A stretch of 64,000 bases of DNA, taken from NCBI RefSeq assembly GCF_964204645.1, contig NC_134030.1, positions 12,173,947 through 12,237,946 of the forward strand. The letters are read 5' to 3'. The position numbers and the translations under genes are program-made. This stretch comes from Tubulanus polymorphus. Lineage: Eukaryota; Animalia; Nemertea. This document shows, one piece after another, positions 24,384 through 36,344 of this stretch; position 1 is the stretch's first letter, and every line of letters begins with the position of its first letter. The notes below the pieces were generated by a model, which made no database searches, was not told the DNA's origin, and saw only the letters and a list, made by a program, of their open reading frames with translations.

Positions 24384-27300
24384 TTATAATGACAATTTAT
24401 TTGGAGGCTTGACCACCCGACCAGCACGCGTGACATACGAAGACGGCTGTGGATCGGTGACCACAGGTAATGACGCAGACGGATGAGGAGGTATGTCGTC
24501 TGCCTTTGACGGGACCAGCGGTTGGTCGACAATGATCTTATCATTCGCAACAGAAATTCCGGGAGATCCCATCGGAGGATCGGTACCACTTCTACTAGGA
24601 GCTTCGCGGACTCCATGTGGTTTCAATCGCAACTGTTGCCTATTTCGTCGCAAACGCATACCATTGGGTGTTTGAATCTTGAATGTCCTCTCTTCCAACC
24701 GTTTCACAACAGTAGCAGGTTGCCACGCTCTGTCGCCATGTTGTGTTGGTTGCACGCGCACTACGTCTCCACGTTGAAGGGGTTTTAACTCTTTCCGATT
24801 AGCATTCAATCTGGCAGCAGTTTCTATTTTCATATGTTGTTTCTTTCGGATCTCCCCCTCAATAGAGGATGCAGAATTCGGTTTGAGCAATTCGGCTGTG
24901 GTGGGTATTTGAGTCTTAGTGCGACGTCCGAAGAGTATCTGCGGCGGGCTACTCTTCAATCCTTCGGACGGAGTATTTCGCACATTAAGAAGATTATGTA
25001 GGGGTCTTCATTACACAGAAACGACTTACGCATTAACCGTTTAGCTTGTTTTACGACAGCTTCCGAAACTCCATTAGCTTTGGAATTTCCGGGACTTGAG
25101 AACTCATCTGAGAATCCCCAACTTTTCCCAAAGGTTTTAATCTCTGAGGAAGTATATTGAGGACCACCATCACTCACAAATGTGTCTGGTATTCCGTGCC
25201 AAGCAAAGTGATGCTTGATCTTGGCGATAACAGTCTTGGCATCAGTCGACGGGAGATAATCAAGTTCAAAGAAACCGCTCAGGTAATCTGACGTCACTAG
25301 ATAATGTCTATCTTCATAAATGAAAAGGTCCGAACCGACCTTTTGCCACAGCCTGCATGGAACATCATACATATACAACCGTTCTTCTGGTTGACGGTCA
25401 GCGTAGTTAGAACACGTGCTACACGATTCGATGAACTTTCGGACTTCTGCAGACATCCTTGGCCAGTATATCAACTCCCTAGTGCGACGAAGACAGGAGT
25501 TGATGCCAAGATGTCCAGCGTGTAATAGATCTTTCATCTCTGCGCGCATGCTTTTTGGGATAACGACCCTTTCACCACGCAACACTATTCCATCTTGGAC
25601 AGTGTATTCATCCCGAGAGTGATAGTATGGGACTAGATCCGCCGATAGATTGACCTTCGAATCAGGCCAACCCTTGATAATGGTCTGTTTTAACGAGGTA
25701 AGGGTCTCATCCAGCGCAGTAGCATCCCTTAACTGATGCAAGCGATCTGGCTTGATTGGTGAGAAGTTAATCAAGTTCACAGATACGAGTTCATGATCCG
25801 TTTTCTCAGAGAGCGGTGCGCGAGACAATGCATCGGCTATCGGAATATGAGTTCCAGGCTTATATGATAGCGAGAATCGATACTTCTGAGTACGGAGCAG
25901 CAAGGCCTGTAGTCGTTTTGAAGTGGTTTGTCTACCATCGCAACGAGTGGTTTGTGATCGGTCACAATATCGATATCACGTCCGTACGTATAGTGATGGA
26001 ATTTTTCTAAACCGTAGACGACCGCGAGCATCTCTTTTTCGATTTGTGCCCATCGAGTTTCGGTGTCAGATTGGGCACGACTCGCGTACGCAACAGGACG
26101 ATCACCCTGTATTAACACTGATCCAATCCCGTATTCGGATGCGTCATTTTCGAGTATCAGTTCCTTACTAGGATCATACATGGCTAACACAGGCGCTTCG
26201 GATATCAATCCTTTCACCTTTTCAAAAGATTGGATTTGAGACCATACGAACGGCACGTCCTTCTTTAGTAGGTTTCGCAACGGAAAGGTCACGGAGTTCA
26301 GATTCGGTATAAAACGAGACAGGTAGTTAGCGATACCAAGATAACGGCGGAGTTCTTTAACATTGTTTGGAGTGTTGATTTCTTCCACGGCGCGAGTTTT
26401 TTCTGGATCCAGTTCCAACCCAGAGTCAGAGATACAGTGTCCCATGAACGTGATTCTTGGTAGCCTAAGTTCGAGTTTGTCTACGTTCAACTGGATACCT
26501 TTATCACGACAACGTTTCAGTAATGCCTCAAGGTTTCGATCATGCGTTTCGGTATCCTTTCCCTGTACCACGATGTCATCAGCTATGCATTCGACCCCTC
26601 CTTGGCCATCGATTGCTTCGAGAATCTTCTTCTGGAAGATCTCTGATGACACTGATAATCCAAAAGCTAAACGACGCCATTTATATCTCCCGAATGGCGT
26701 CTGAAAAGTGGTAAGTAGACTCGAAGGTTCATCCAACTCTACATGCCAGTAGGCAGAGCTGACATCTAATTTAGAGAACACCTTCGACCCAGCCATATTG
26801 TGAAGTGTGTCTTCCAACACCGGCAGTTGGTAATGTTCACGTTTTAGTGCGCGATTTAGGTTTCGAGGGTCTAGACATATACGTAGACATCCGTTCTTCT
26901 TCTCCGCGACGACCATCTGATTCACCCACGGGGTGGGTTCATTGACCGGTTCAATTACGCCCATTTTAGAGAGGCGTTGCAATTCATCTTTCACACGAGG
27001 ACGAAGGGCTACAGGTATTCGACGGAGAAACGACCGGTTCCACCGCTTCATCAACCTTCAGATGGACGGGCCCTTGCAGTTTGCCAAGTTTCTCCTCAAA
27101 CACATCTGAATATTTATCGGTTACCCCGACACGGGCGACTCGTTCCATAAGGCTGTTGTTAACCGTTACAAGTTTCATCCCTTCCGCGGCCTTCAGACCC
27201 AGTAAGGGTGATAGGTCTTCTTTTATTACGACAAATTCGATGGAGTAGCATTTCCGGTTCTTAGGGTTCTTAACAACAACACGGGATACACCGAGCGGTG

Positions 27301-27450
27301 TGACGACTTCCTCATTATACATCTTCAATTTGCGTATTTGAGGCTCCAGCTCACTATGTATAGCATAACGTAATTGTAGAATATTTACAGCAGCCCCGGT
27401 GTCCACTTAGAAAATGACCGGCTGTGTCCCTACCATCATACAACATCGCA
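24384..27450 (-). pseudogene. pol: pol pseudogene (protease, reverse transcriptase, RNase H, integrase), frameshifted
   Basis: DTGA protease motif, RT LRICLDPRNLN and IADDI, RNase H DASEYGIG and TDHKPL, integrase H-H-C-C zinc finger and SDGGPQY...NGVSE; split over four ORFs. Confidence 0.95.
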
Positions 27451-27540
27451 CTTCACTCGAGGATTTACAACTCGAGGAAACACTGTTGATCCACTCATCG
27501 TGTTCAGAGTCGTCCGAACAAGAATTAGTATCAACTACGT

Positions 27541-28394
27541 TCACTTGTTTCGGCTTCGGACATTTTGCTGCAAAGTGATTTTCTCCTTTACAGTTATTGC
27601 AAGATTTTCCCCATGCGGGACAGTCTTCTTCATTGCGTGTCGTCGATCACAAAACTTACACGTCCGGATCGAACCAGCGTTCGATTGTCTCTCACCTGAC
27701 AGTGTGGTAGGGCGCTGTGGTGATCGACCGCTGTTATGTTGAAATACTTTCGGTTTTGGTCTCGAGTAGGACGATACACGATTTATCGGCTCATTTCGGA
27801 ATCCTTTCCCATGTGCCTCAGCAGTTTCAGCACACTTGACTATATCTATAGCTTTCGACAAAGTAAGATGCCGTTCTTTCAGGAGCGCTTTCTGAGTATC
27901 AGCGTCTCGTAAAACAAGAACGACGCGATCACGGAGTATAGAATCAACGCTGTCAACATGATAGTTACACGTTTTTATCATCGAATTGCAGACAGGAACA
28001 CCTCAAACGATTCATCGGGAAGTTGGTCCCTCTAATTAAATAGGAATCTTTCGTACGTTTCATTAGTTTCACCCACTGCAAAGTTACGAAATTTCTCTAG
28101 AATCTCGGATTCTGTTCGCTGGGCTTCCTGAGTGACAAAGGTAAACACATTATATACCTTTGGTAACTCATCTCCAAGGGTGTGTAGCAATAGTGCTACT
28201 TTATATTCACTATTCTGATCATCAAGTCTGGTGATTATGGAATAATTTCGCCATTTCTTGTGGAAAACCTTCCAGTTTTGCGCTGCATTGCAAGTCAGAT
28301 CTGGAGGCTGAGGTGGTTTAATGCCTGGTATGGGACGAGGAATCGGATCACTCTCATTACGATGAGGAATCGTATTACTACCATTCTCAGCCAT
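27541..28394 (-). pseudogene. gag: gag pseudogene
   Basis: NWKVFHKKWRNY...KVALLLHTLG, NETYERFLFN, LRDRVVL and a CKFC zinc-knuckle remnant; stop codon and frameshift present. Confidence 0.9.
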
Positions 28395-28523
28395 CTTCAG
28401 AGAGAGTCAGTTCACAAGTCACACAAACAACAGGTGATGACGTGGCTCAGTAGAGGTAGTATAGTATACACAACAATACGATGTAGGTAGCTGAAAGTTT
28501 TTCATTCACTGGCTATTATCGGC

Positions 28524-28540
28524 TCCCACCGCTGCCACCA
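28524..28540 (-). promoter_or_regulatory. Primer-binding site complementary to the tRNA-Leu 3' end
   Basis: Minus strand TGGTGGCAGCGGTGGGA immediately after the 5' LTR. Confidence 0.85.
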
Positions 28541-28682
28541 TGTTTCGTGTCGTCTGTGATGGGGAACAGACCCATAAAACCAGAACTATAACGACTTCTT
28601 AGATGCAACAGGACTTTATTAATCAGCGATCTTAGAGTACACACTATAGTCCGGATACGGACTCAGGATAAATCACGGAACA
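28541..28682 (-). repeat. 5' LTR (142 bp)
   Basis: TG..CA ends, AATAAA on the minus strand, matches 24109-24250. Confidence 0.96.
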
Positions 28683-28706
28683 TAGTCAACGGCATCATCT
28701 AGTGTC

Positions 28707-29200
28707 TCAGTGTCTCTGAGATAATAGGCTATAGTAAATATGGACAAATCCTGTTTGAATCGCACTTTGTTTTTCTGTTTCCATTTGGAAATGGTTTTCA
28801 CCTCCCTTATAACAGAGTTCAACAACAGCTTCTGAATCCTCATCATCCCATATATGTAATATATTAGAATTGAGGAGAGATGAGGGATTTTCGATGACTG
28901 ATGATAGTGAATTTAGTCTTTCAGATTCAACCTCTGAAAATAATCCTTCTTTCAATTCAGTTACATTTTCAGCTTATAGTGCACTCTCAATTTTCCTTTT
29001 AATAGAATTTAGCATAGATCTGTCTGCTTTCAATCTTTTTGTATGCATACGACTATACTTAATATCAAAATTGTTTTTATCATGAAGATTCCTTGCATGC
29101 CAAATGTCTCTCGCTCAAAACTGGCATGAATTGGTCAAATACTGTTTCCAAATCTTCTTTATTTCTTTTCCTATTCATTATTATACTGTTTATACCTGTA
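28707..29200 (-). pseudogene. Residual coding fragment of element J
   Basis: ORF ...NPSSLLNSNILHIWDDEDSE...; minus-strand acceptor TTTTTACAG at about 29196 and donor CAG/GTGAG at about 29681. Confidence 0.35.
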
Positions 29201-30014
29201 AAAAGAAATAAAATTGTTTAAAAATCCAAGAAAGTAGTAGTAAATTTGATCCACGTGTCTTTGTTATTGTTTTTGAACAGTCATTGTCCAATCAGCATCC
29301 GCCATTTTGATCACGTGATTGCATTTCGCAAAAGGTAAACAAACTTAAATGACCTCAAAAGCCAGTTTAACCGAGATGAATGATCTCAAAACATATGAAA
29401 TACAAACGAAAACACTATGCTTAAGAATTGTTTGAGGTATAAGTGGTCTAAGATATCTACAGTTCGATCCGATTTTGCGTTAAAAAAATCGGTTTAGTGA
29501 CGAAATCTGGCTAGCTTGGTTGGCTCATTGAGACTTTCGGAAAACTTTTTGAATCGTTCGCCTCAGTATTTCCATATCTTAATTCGATTTTTGTTCACTT
29601 AAGAAGCATAGAATATGAGGAAATATCGTTTCGTAGAGGGGAGATATGAAGAAAAATAAAAATATAGCGTTTGAAACTCACCTGAGATATCTGATAAAAA
29701 ATCACGAAAAAATTCAAATTCCGGGGCGGCCGCCATCTTAATTTATGTGCAGTAGTAATGACGTCACCAATGGGGATCCTGGCTATTCTGCGATACTCCC
29801 TCCGAACTCTAAAGCAGGAATCACCCGGAGAAAAAAATTGCGTGCAGTTATTGACTGTTGCACGATTGCCTAACTACGCGGATCGATCGATGTGAATGTA
29901 CAAGTGCCTAGTGGATATTTAACCAACAAACAGCATACACACTTTACATGTAGGCTATACGGTTCTTCCGTTTACTGTCAGCATCAACTTGTTGATGAAT
30001 AATACAGTTTTCGG

Positions 30015-30089
30015 CACAGGGGTTTGGCGATGGGTTTGGATTTTATTTCCGGGTTGTTGATAATCTCGCAAGAATGGCGCTAAATATAG
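30015..30089. mobile_element. Truncated terminal fragment of the element D family
   Basis: Near-identical to 11098-11170; no partner TIR seen. Confidence 0.85.
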
Positions 30090-30299
30090 GTACGTGGCAG
30101 TGAAATTTCAAATTGCCCCAATTGCAAAACTGGGCCCAAAACTGTTAGAACAGTTAGCTCCAAAAATGCTTTTCAGGGGTACTTGAACCATCCTTCTCTC
30201 TTTAATAATAAAAAAGTTATGATAATTTTTCATTCTGAAAAATCAGGATTTTCTGTAAAGGCGAACAATAGGTTAAGCGTGATCAGTAACGGATAAGAT

Positions 30300-30775
30300 T
30301 TATAGAAAAAATATCATAACTTTCTTCATTTTAAAGATAACCTAATGAAATTTGCAGGAAAAGTGCTCCATATGATGTCTCACACATAGCAATGAAAATG
30401 AACCTGAGACACTCCGTTATTAATTAATTGATGATAAATTGATATTAATTTTTTCAATACGGACGACTTGGCGCTTATCAAATGTACAAAAATAGATATA
30501 ACTCTGTTATTTTACAAGATAAATGCATGAAATTTGCAGCAGAAGTACTTTAAATGATAACTTAAACACAGTCAGCAAATAAAATGGACCTGAGACACTC
30601 AGTAATTATTCAATTGACGATTAATAATAACTAATTAGTTCATTACTGACGACTTGTGATGCTTTCAAAGGTACAAAAATAGATATAACTCTGTTAATTT
30701 ACAAGATAAATGCATGAAATTTGCAGAACAAGGGCTTCGTATGATAACTAACAGAAAACAGTAAAAGATATTTAC
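30300..30775. repeat. Tandem array, about 185-bp unit, 2.5 to 3 copies
   Basis: AAAAATAGATATAACTCTGTT...AGATAAATGCATGAAATTTGCAG recurs at about 30306, 30488 and 30675. Confidence 0.85.
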
Positions 30776-31149
30776 CTATCTATTCCGTAAGTTGATCAAT
30801 TACATCTTAATTAATTAATTAGCAGAACAACTGACTAAACAAGTCCGTCAGGCATCGATATCTACAAACATAGCAGTAGAAAAGACAGTCAAATAAACAC
30901 CCAATAAAAGCAACTGAATCACCATAATACAATACATTATATCACTATACAGAGAATGTCAGAAGATTTACAGTAGCACTAAATCACTATACAGATAATC
31001 GACCGCTAATTCCCATGTTTTCATATCATAATCAACACCATCATCGTACGACTCCTCTTCACTCCAATAACACACTACATAGGTTTCTCGGATCTCATCG
31101 TTTTTCCTCTTTTACTTTCTCAGTTCCTCGACTCTACCATAGTAGTAAA

Positions 31150-32926
31150 CTTTATTGTTTGTTGAGTCGTCATGCCAGTAATGTCCAATATCCAGGAACA
31201 GATTCGAGTTCCGTAACTTGGGAAGACTCGAGGTCCGGAAACACTGATGCCAGATTTTCAATACTTGTCTCGCGTATTTGCTTTTCGATTTTCTTTCTTC
31301 AAGTTTTCATGTATACAGTTATATCTGAAAAAATTGATTATTGATTAGGGCCCTACTTTATGGACAGCTCTTCTTATCATGATAATGTACTAAGATATGT
31401 ACTTCACTTGCTTTTTCTACTATTTATTTGCCATAAATGGCTTTTCCACAATGTAACACTTACCTTCACTCAACCAAATTTTTTTGCCTGGACAAAAAGT
31501 TTTTCATTTCAACAATAACATAGCTTTTTATTCGAACACATTTTTATTTCGGCTACATGTTTTCGTTCCGAGATAACTGCTGAGCCATTTGAGCGACCTA
31601 TCATTGATACTGTTTCCTAATAGCCTGTTAAGTAATGGCTGATGTTGTACCTTATCAAATTCTTTCTCAAAATCCATAAAGAGTAATTATGGCCTAACAG
31701 ATTTTCCAGAGTCAAATAGGACCATCTGGTCCAGTAGTCCATGGTTTCAAGTTGGTATAATTGACTGTTTGTCAACCTACCTCTTATAAAACTGTCTTAA
31801 CCGTTGAACAGGATTATAAGACTGTGCAGAAAACCCGTTATCGCTGCTTTGCAGCTATATTTCATTCAATGATTTATCCATTTCACTGGCTTTCACCTTT
31901 TCAGGATGGATCTAGGAAAAATTGGAAGGTCGAGTCCAGAGGGAATGACTAAGGAATTTCTCAGATGACCAAGATCCTGAAATTCCAGGGGTTGTCCAGG
32001 AAAAGTCCTCCAAAACCCATCATAACAAATGAAATCACACTGCATAATATGGACTTACCACCGCCTCCATCTTCTGAAGAATTTTCCTCCAAGATATCTG
32101 AAAAACATAAAAATAAGTGTATTTAGTCTCACTTCTCTCAAATAATAAGACTAGCCTAGCATACTCCAAAGCGGATATTCGCTTTTAAATTATGATTTTT
32201 CAGACTAAGCAACACACCGTTGCAAAAGTAAAAACCAGACGGAATATTTCCATTGGATTCAGTGAACATTTGCATTTGCATACTCACCAGTGTCATTTAA
32301 GGAATCTGTAAAAGAAAATCATACAATCTCTTCTTCCTCTCTCTACAGTCACTTGACTCAATTTAAGTGTCTGGATTTTCCTCACAGCTTTTTTTGTCAT
32401 CTTTTAAGAAAGTAAAAATTACAATGTACATAAATCAACAAACTTCAGTGTTCCAATACCGGTAACCGGTATATTTAGAAAAATATTTATTTCACCTACT
32501 GTATAAATTATGGATTAACTAAGAAAAATGCTTTTACTAAATCTGTAGCCTTTGTAGCCTGAGACAGAAACGATAATTTCAAATTTGAATTTCTCTCAAT
32601 CCAGTGATTTTATGAGTAGTAATTCGAAAACAATCATTTTCTAATTGTGTGCAGTTCATAAAGACAAGTTCGCTTTGAAATACCAACTTTTGACCATCAG
32701 GCTGCAAAGGGTTAAAAGTATGTAATCCATCTTGTTTTGGCTAACCTGATGTGCTTTTAACTTTGATTAATTCAAATCGACGTCAATTGGCTCCCAGCAT
32801 TCTTCCATTGCCTTAGCCGCATTAACACCAGGTGGCCACATGACAAATCCATCTATTATCCACGCGGATGGAATCACATCACTGAATGTTTTAATTCCTT
32901 CTTGCCAAACTGCCTTTGCCCACATC
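31150..32926 (-). pseudogene. Spliced relic of an EnSpm/CACTA-type accessory (DUF4806-associated) gene
   Basis: 32926-32780 reads MWAKAVWQEGIKTFSDVIPSAWIIDGFVMWPPG...WEP, the VP-x-W...WPP N-terminal pattern. Candidate short exons with AG/GT ends lie at about 32308-32288, 32097-32059 and 31324 downward. Confidence 0.5.
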
Positions 32927-33145
32927 TAGAAAAACAGATAAAAAGCAAGAAGTGTGATCCCCATAACTTTCCTCACAGGTGCTCGCGCATTGATACATTC
33001 ATAAGTAGTTCATAGAAACCGCGCAGTTCGTGGTTTTACACTTCGAGAGGATCAGTAGATTTTTGTCTCTGCACAGTTCGTCGCTAGCCCGGATTTTATT
33101 TCTTGAAAGCACTTTGAGTGAGGGAGTTTCTTCATGAAAATTACC

Positions 33146-35692
33146 TGTAATGGGAAGATGCTGTACTATCGAAAATACCCAGAGTTAGCACATGTAGTAG
33201 GCAAGAGACAGCCGTGCTGTATTCACACTGCAGTGAGATAGGCAGCTGCGTCCCACTTGTACTAATGTAGCGTTTCGTAGTTAGAATACATTAAGAATTT
33301 AGCATGTTTCTTCATCCACATAGTACCTGAAAATACTAGCCGGGCGAGTGTGTGCACTCACTCGCACCAGAGTCGATCATAGCGGTAGCGTGATCCTCTT
33401 ATATGTCCTCAGAGTGTATATATGTAAATGTGTACTTATGTAATAGATGTATGTAAAATGGCGCCGCTACAAAGGGTCCGCCTGTGTCACGTAAACAACG
33501 GGAAAGATGTTTATGAAGGGGTCTACGACCACCACAGGAAGTTATGTTTGTGTGTAGAATAATAAATGACTCTCAGGCTTAACTCGACCTAGCACACGAG
33601 TAAGCAATTCCCGCAACCCCGGGTGTAGATTGCTGATAGATCCAGGAACGTAACGACTGGGTCGATTCGAAAACTATCCTCCGGGAACTAAGGATCGGGC
33701 CCAACCCTATGTTAGAACCTACAGATAGCGATGCGCACCCTTCTGTTCACCCAATAACATACGACCTCGTAGTTATACATGAACCCGAATCGACCGTATC
33801 ACACACCACGTCACCCACCCCCGACGTGGAATTTCCTCGCTTGAGCCTAAATTGGATAGCGGAATAAACAGAAACCGCCCGTCACCCGAACGGGATTGCA
33901 CTACGTTCCGCTGGACTCTACCATTTCCGAGAGTAAGCCTCTATACAGACCATGGACGCTCCGACCAACTCCACGGTTTTACTACCCAACATCTATTACT
34001 AAATCGTTAATACCATTACGTGCTGCGACAGCAGCTTTTATTCGTCTATCAGAAACTGACATACGTCATGCTCAAATACAAGACAGGTTCATACTCCACA
34101 AATGCTTACATACTTACAAAGGGAAAAGATAATGCGATTGACACATGCTGTTACGCTTCAAACTTATACAACGAACATATAGACCGCGAACATTATACCT
34201 ATATAAAATTTATTGAAACTTAAAGATACGCGCCTGAAAGCTGGTCTTAAGGACCTATACCACACATACATGAAGGCAGAATAATAGTTTGATAAAGCTA
34301 TAAGCACAAGTAATGGTCAAACCCGTCTCTATATACTTAAGTATAAACGGGGAGAAACACAAGAACCCAAGGCCTGGTATCAAGAATCCATACCTAATAC
34401 ATAAGTATTGACGGATTATATATAGTTCAACGATCCTAAGGACAAACGAGAAACACAGGGCCCGTCAATAATACATAAGTATGGACGGTAAACGTAATGC
34501 CCAATGGCTTATGGCCATAGGTGAGGAAATCGTACTATGATTTTGCCGTAGCTTAATGCTTAACAAAGAGTAATACTCAAGACTAGTAACGTATTTACAG
34601 TAAGGGGGATTCTGTGGGCCTAAGGCCCTTAATTTCTAACTCAGAAAGAAGGAACAGAGACGAACGGGTACAAGACCCGAAACGCCGCCAGGCGGCGCTG
34701 TCCCGGACCGACTTACATCTTAAAGACGTTCTCCGAGTAACTAACTGAAAGAGAAAAACTGCGCGCCTTATATTCTGATATTGCCGACTCCGATGTGTTG
34801 CATCTTCACTCCGCGTCGCTTCACTGGTCGCTCAACAATGGCCGCCCCGTCGGATGTGCTTCCTAGGATTCTTCCGAGCCGCTTTGCTGCTGAACTACGT
34901 TGTCTTCTTATCGAAGTAATATACCATTAAAAAGGTTGGAACTTGTACTTTCCGATGATATGAAATTCGTGTTAGATAGTTCGGTCGTAAAGACAAGTGA
35001 GGTCCCGAAAGGCTGTCGTCATGCGTGACCGCGTTCGAGATCGCAGGTTTAACCGTCGAATACTCATTAGCTTTAAGGCACGAAGGTGCCGAAATCATCT
35101 TTTAGATTTGTAATAATGATAATTATCTAAGAACTTAATTTATGTGACTAAATACTAAGGTGATATGTTATGGTGACAGTAACAAGACGTCATCGTAGAA
35201 ACTTTAACTCTCCCGCTTATCGAGCGGATCATGTGGCCGGACCGGAAGTAAACAAACCGGCGAAATCGGTTCATCTACCAAACTACAACTCGTGTCGCCA
35301 AAAAAAAACGATGACATTAGTAGATGCTTTCACCGAGTCAAGACTTTATAATCCTCTTTCAAACGGTATCGTACATGATGACTTTCGATAATTATTTAGT
35401 GTGTAAAAGGCGAGATAAATACAGCGGCGGTACTATTTACCACCGGGAACAATTTCGGGACTAAGGAGCCGCGGGTTATCGCCGGAGTTGAAGTAAGGGG
35501 AAATGTATCTTCTGCACGGTCGCTGATAACCAAGGGGATAGAGGTATCTGTCTTGAGAAATGAAATTTTGTTACACTAACACGGCCGACTCAGATTGACT
35601 GGTGAAAAATAAACTGTTTTGTTCACGTAGTAGAAACAAAGGTATAATGTCATTAACTTCATTCATTCATTGAAGCATCACACACACAGAAC
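33146..35692 (+). mobile_element. Unresolved LTR-retroelement-like region
   Basis: LTR-like TGTAA...AATAAA...GTAACG at 33146-33655. A purine tract AAGTAAGGGGAAA precedes TGTA...AATAAA...AACA at 35505-35692. The two candidate LTRs do not match each other. Confidence 0.3.
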
Positions 35693-36344
35693 AGTTTCAT
35701 TGGTTAACACGTGGACTACACCATTATGGTAAATAGGGTGGGTAGGGTCTGTCTGGGCGATTACACTATGGGAAGGTAGATATGGCTTACACGCTATTAC
35801 TATTAATTTTCACAATTCCTCAAAGAATTTTTCAGGATTTGGGGAAAAGGACCATTTTTGACTGGGGCAAATGTCCATTTACCAGTAAAAAAAACTGCCT
35901 CGCGGAAACCCCGGAAAAGTGAATTTGTTTTCACTGATAAAACTGATATTTCCTCATGCATCCACTCACTACTGTTTAGTCAATTTTAAACACTGTCTTT
36001 GACCGTATGGACCTAATGGTCCTCTTGTTAATCTTTTAATAGCAAATGATAATATAACCCTTTGTATCAAAACACTCGGGACACTGTTTGGAAGGGTGAT
36101 AAGATGCCTAGCATCAGGCTCGGGGAAGGTAGAATCACAAGACAAGAATGGATTACTACCCATCTAAGTTTCTTGAGGCCACATATAAAAGGGCGAAAGT
36201 CTTCAGCATTTTCGAGGTAAGTTCATACCATCATATATTGCCAAGCAACTGCCCCAGCAGCACTATTCAAATAGTCCATCAGCTGATTTTGCTTTTCTTT
36301 TGGCTGAATACCAGCATTGTTGTTGTTTGGAATTCCACATGACA

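Larger units (their letters stand above)
24109..28682 (-). mobile_element. Full-length Ty3/Gypsy LTR retrotransposon (Mag/K02A2.6-like), degenerate
   Basis: TG..CA LTRs at 24109-24250 and 28541-28682, TSD TAGTC (24104-24108 and 28683-28687), PBS, PPT, and gag-PR-RT-RH-IN order. Confidence 0.97.
23337..29909. mobile_element. Non-autonomous TIR element J (15-bp TIR, 9-bp TSD AGTGGATAT), host of the first Gypsy provirus
   Basis: AGGCACTTGTACATT / AATGTACAAGTGCCT. AGTGGATAT lies at 23328-23336 and 29910-29918; an alternative reading is TAGG termini with a 7-bp TSD. Confidence 0.82.

Noticed and set aside
24368-28490. Plus-strand and alternative-frame ORFs over the Gypsy pol and gag (also 51260-56508)
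   Set aside because: Shadow ORFs of the retroelement coding sequence.
35055-35100. Hammerhead ribozyme (stem followed by GAAA)
   Set aside because: The required CTGANGA core is absent; CTTTAA is there instead.
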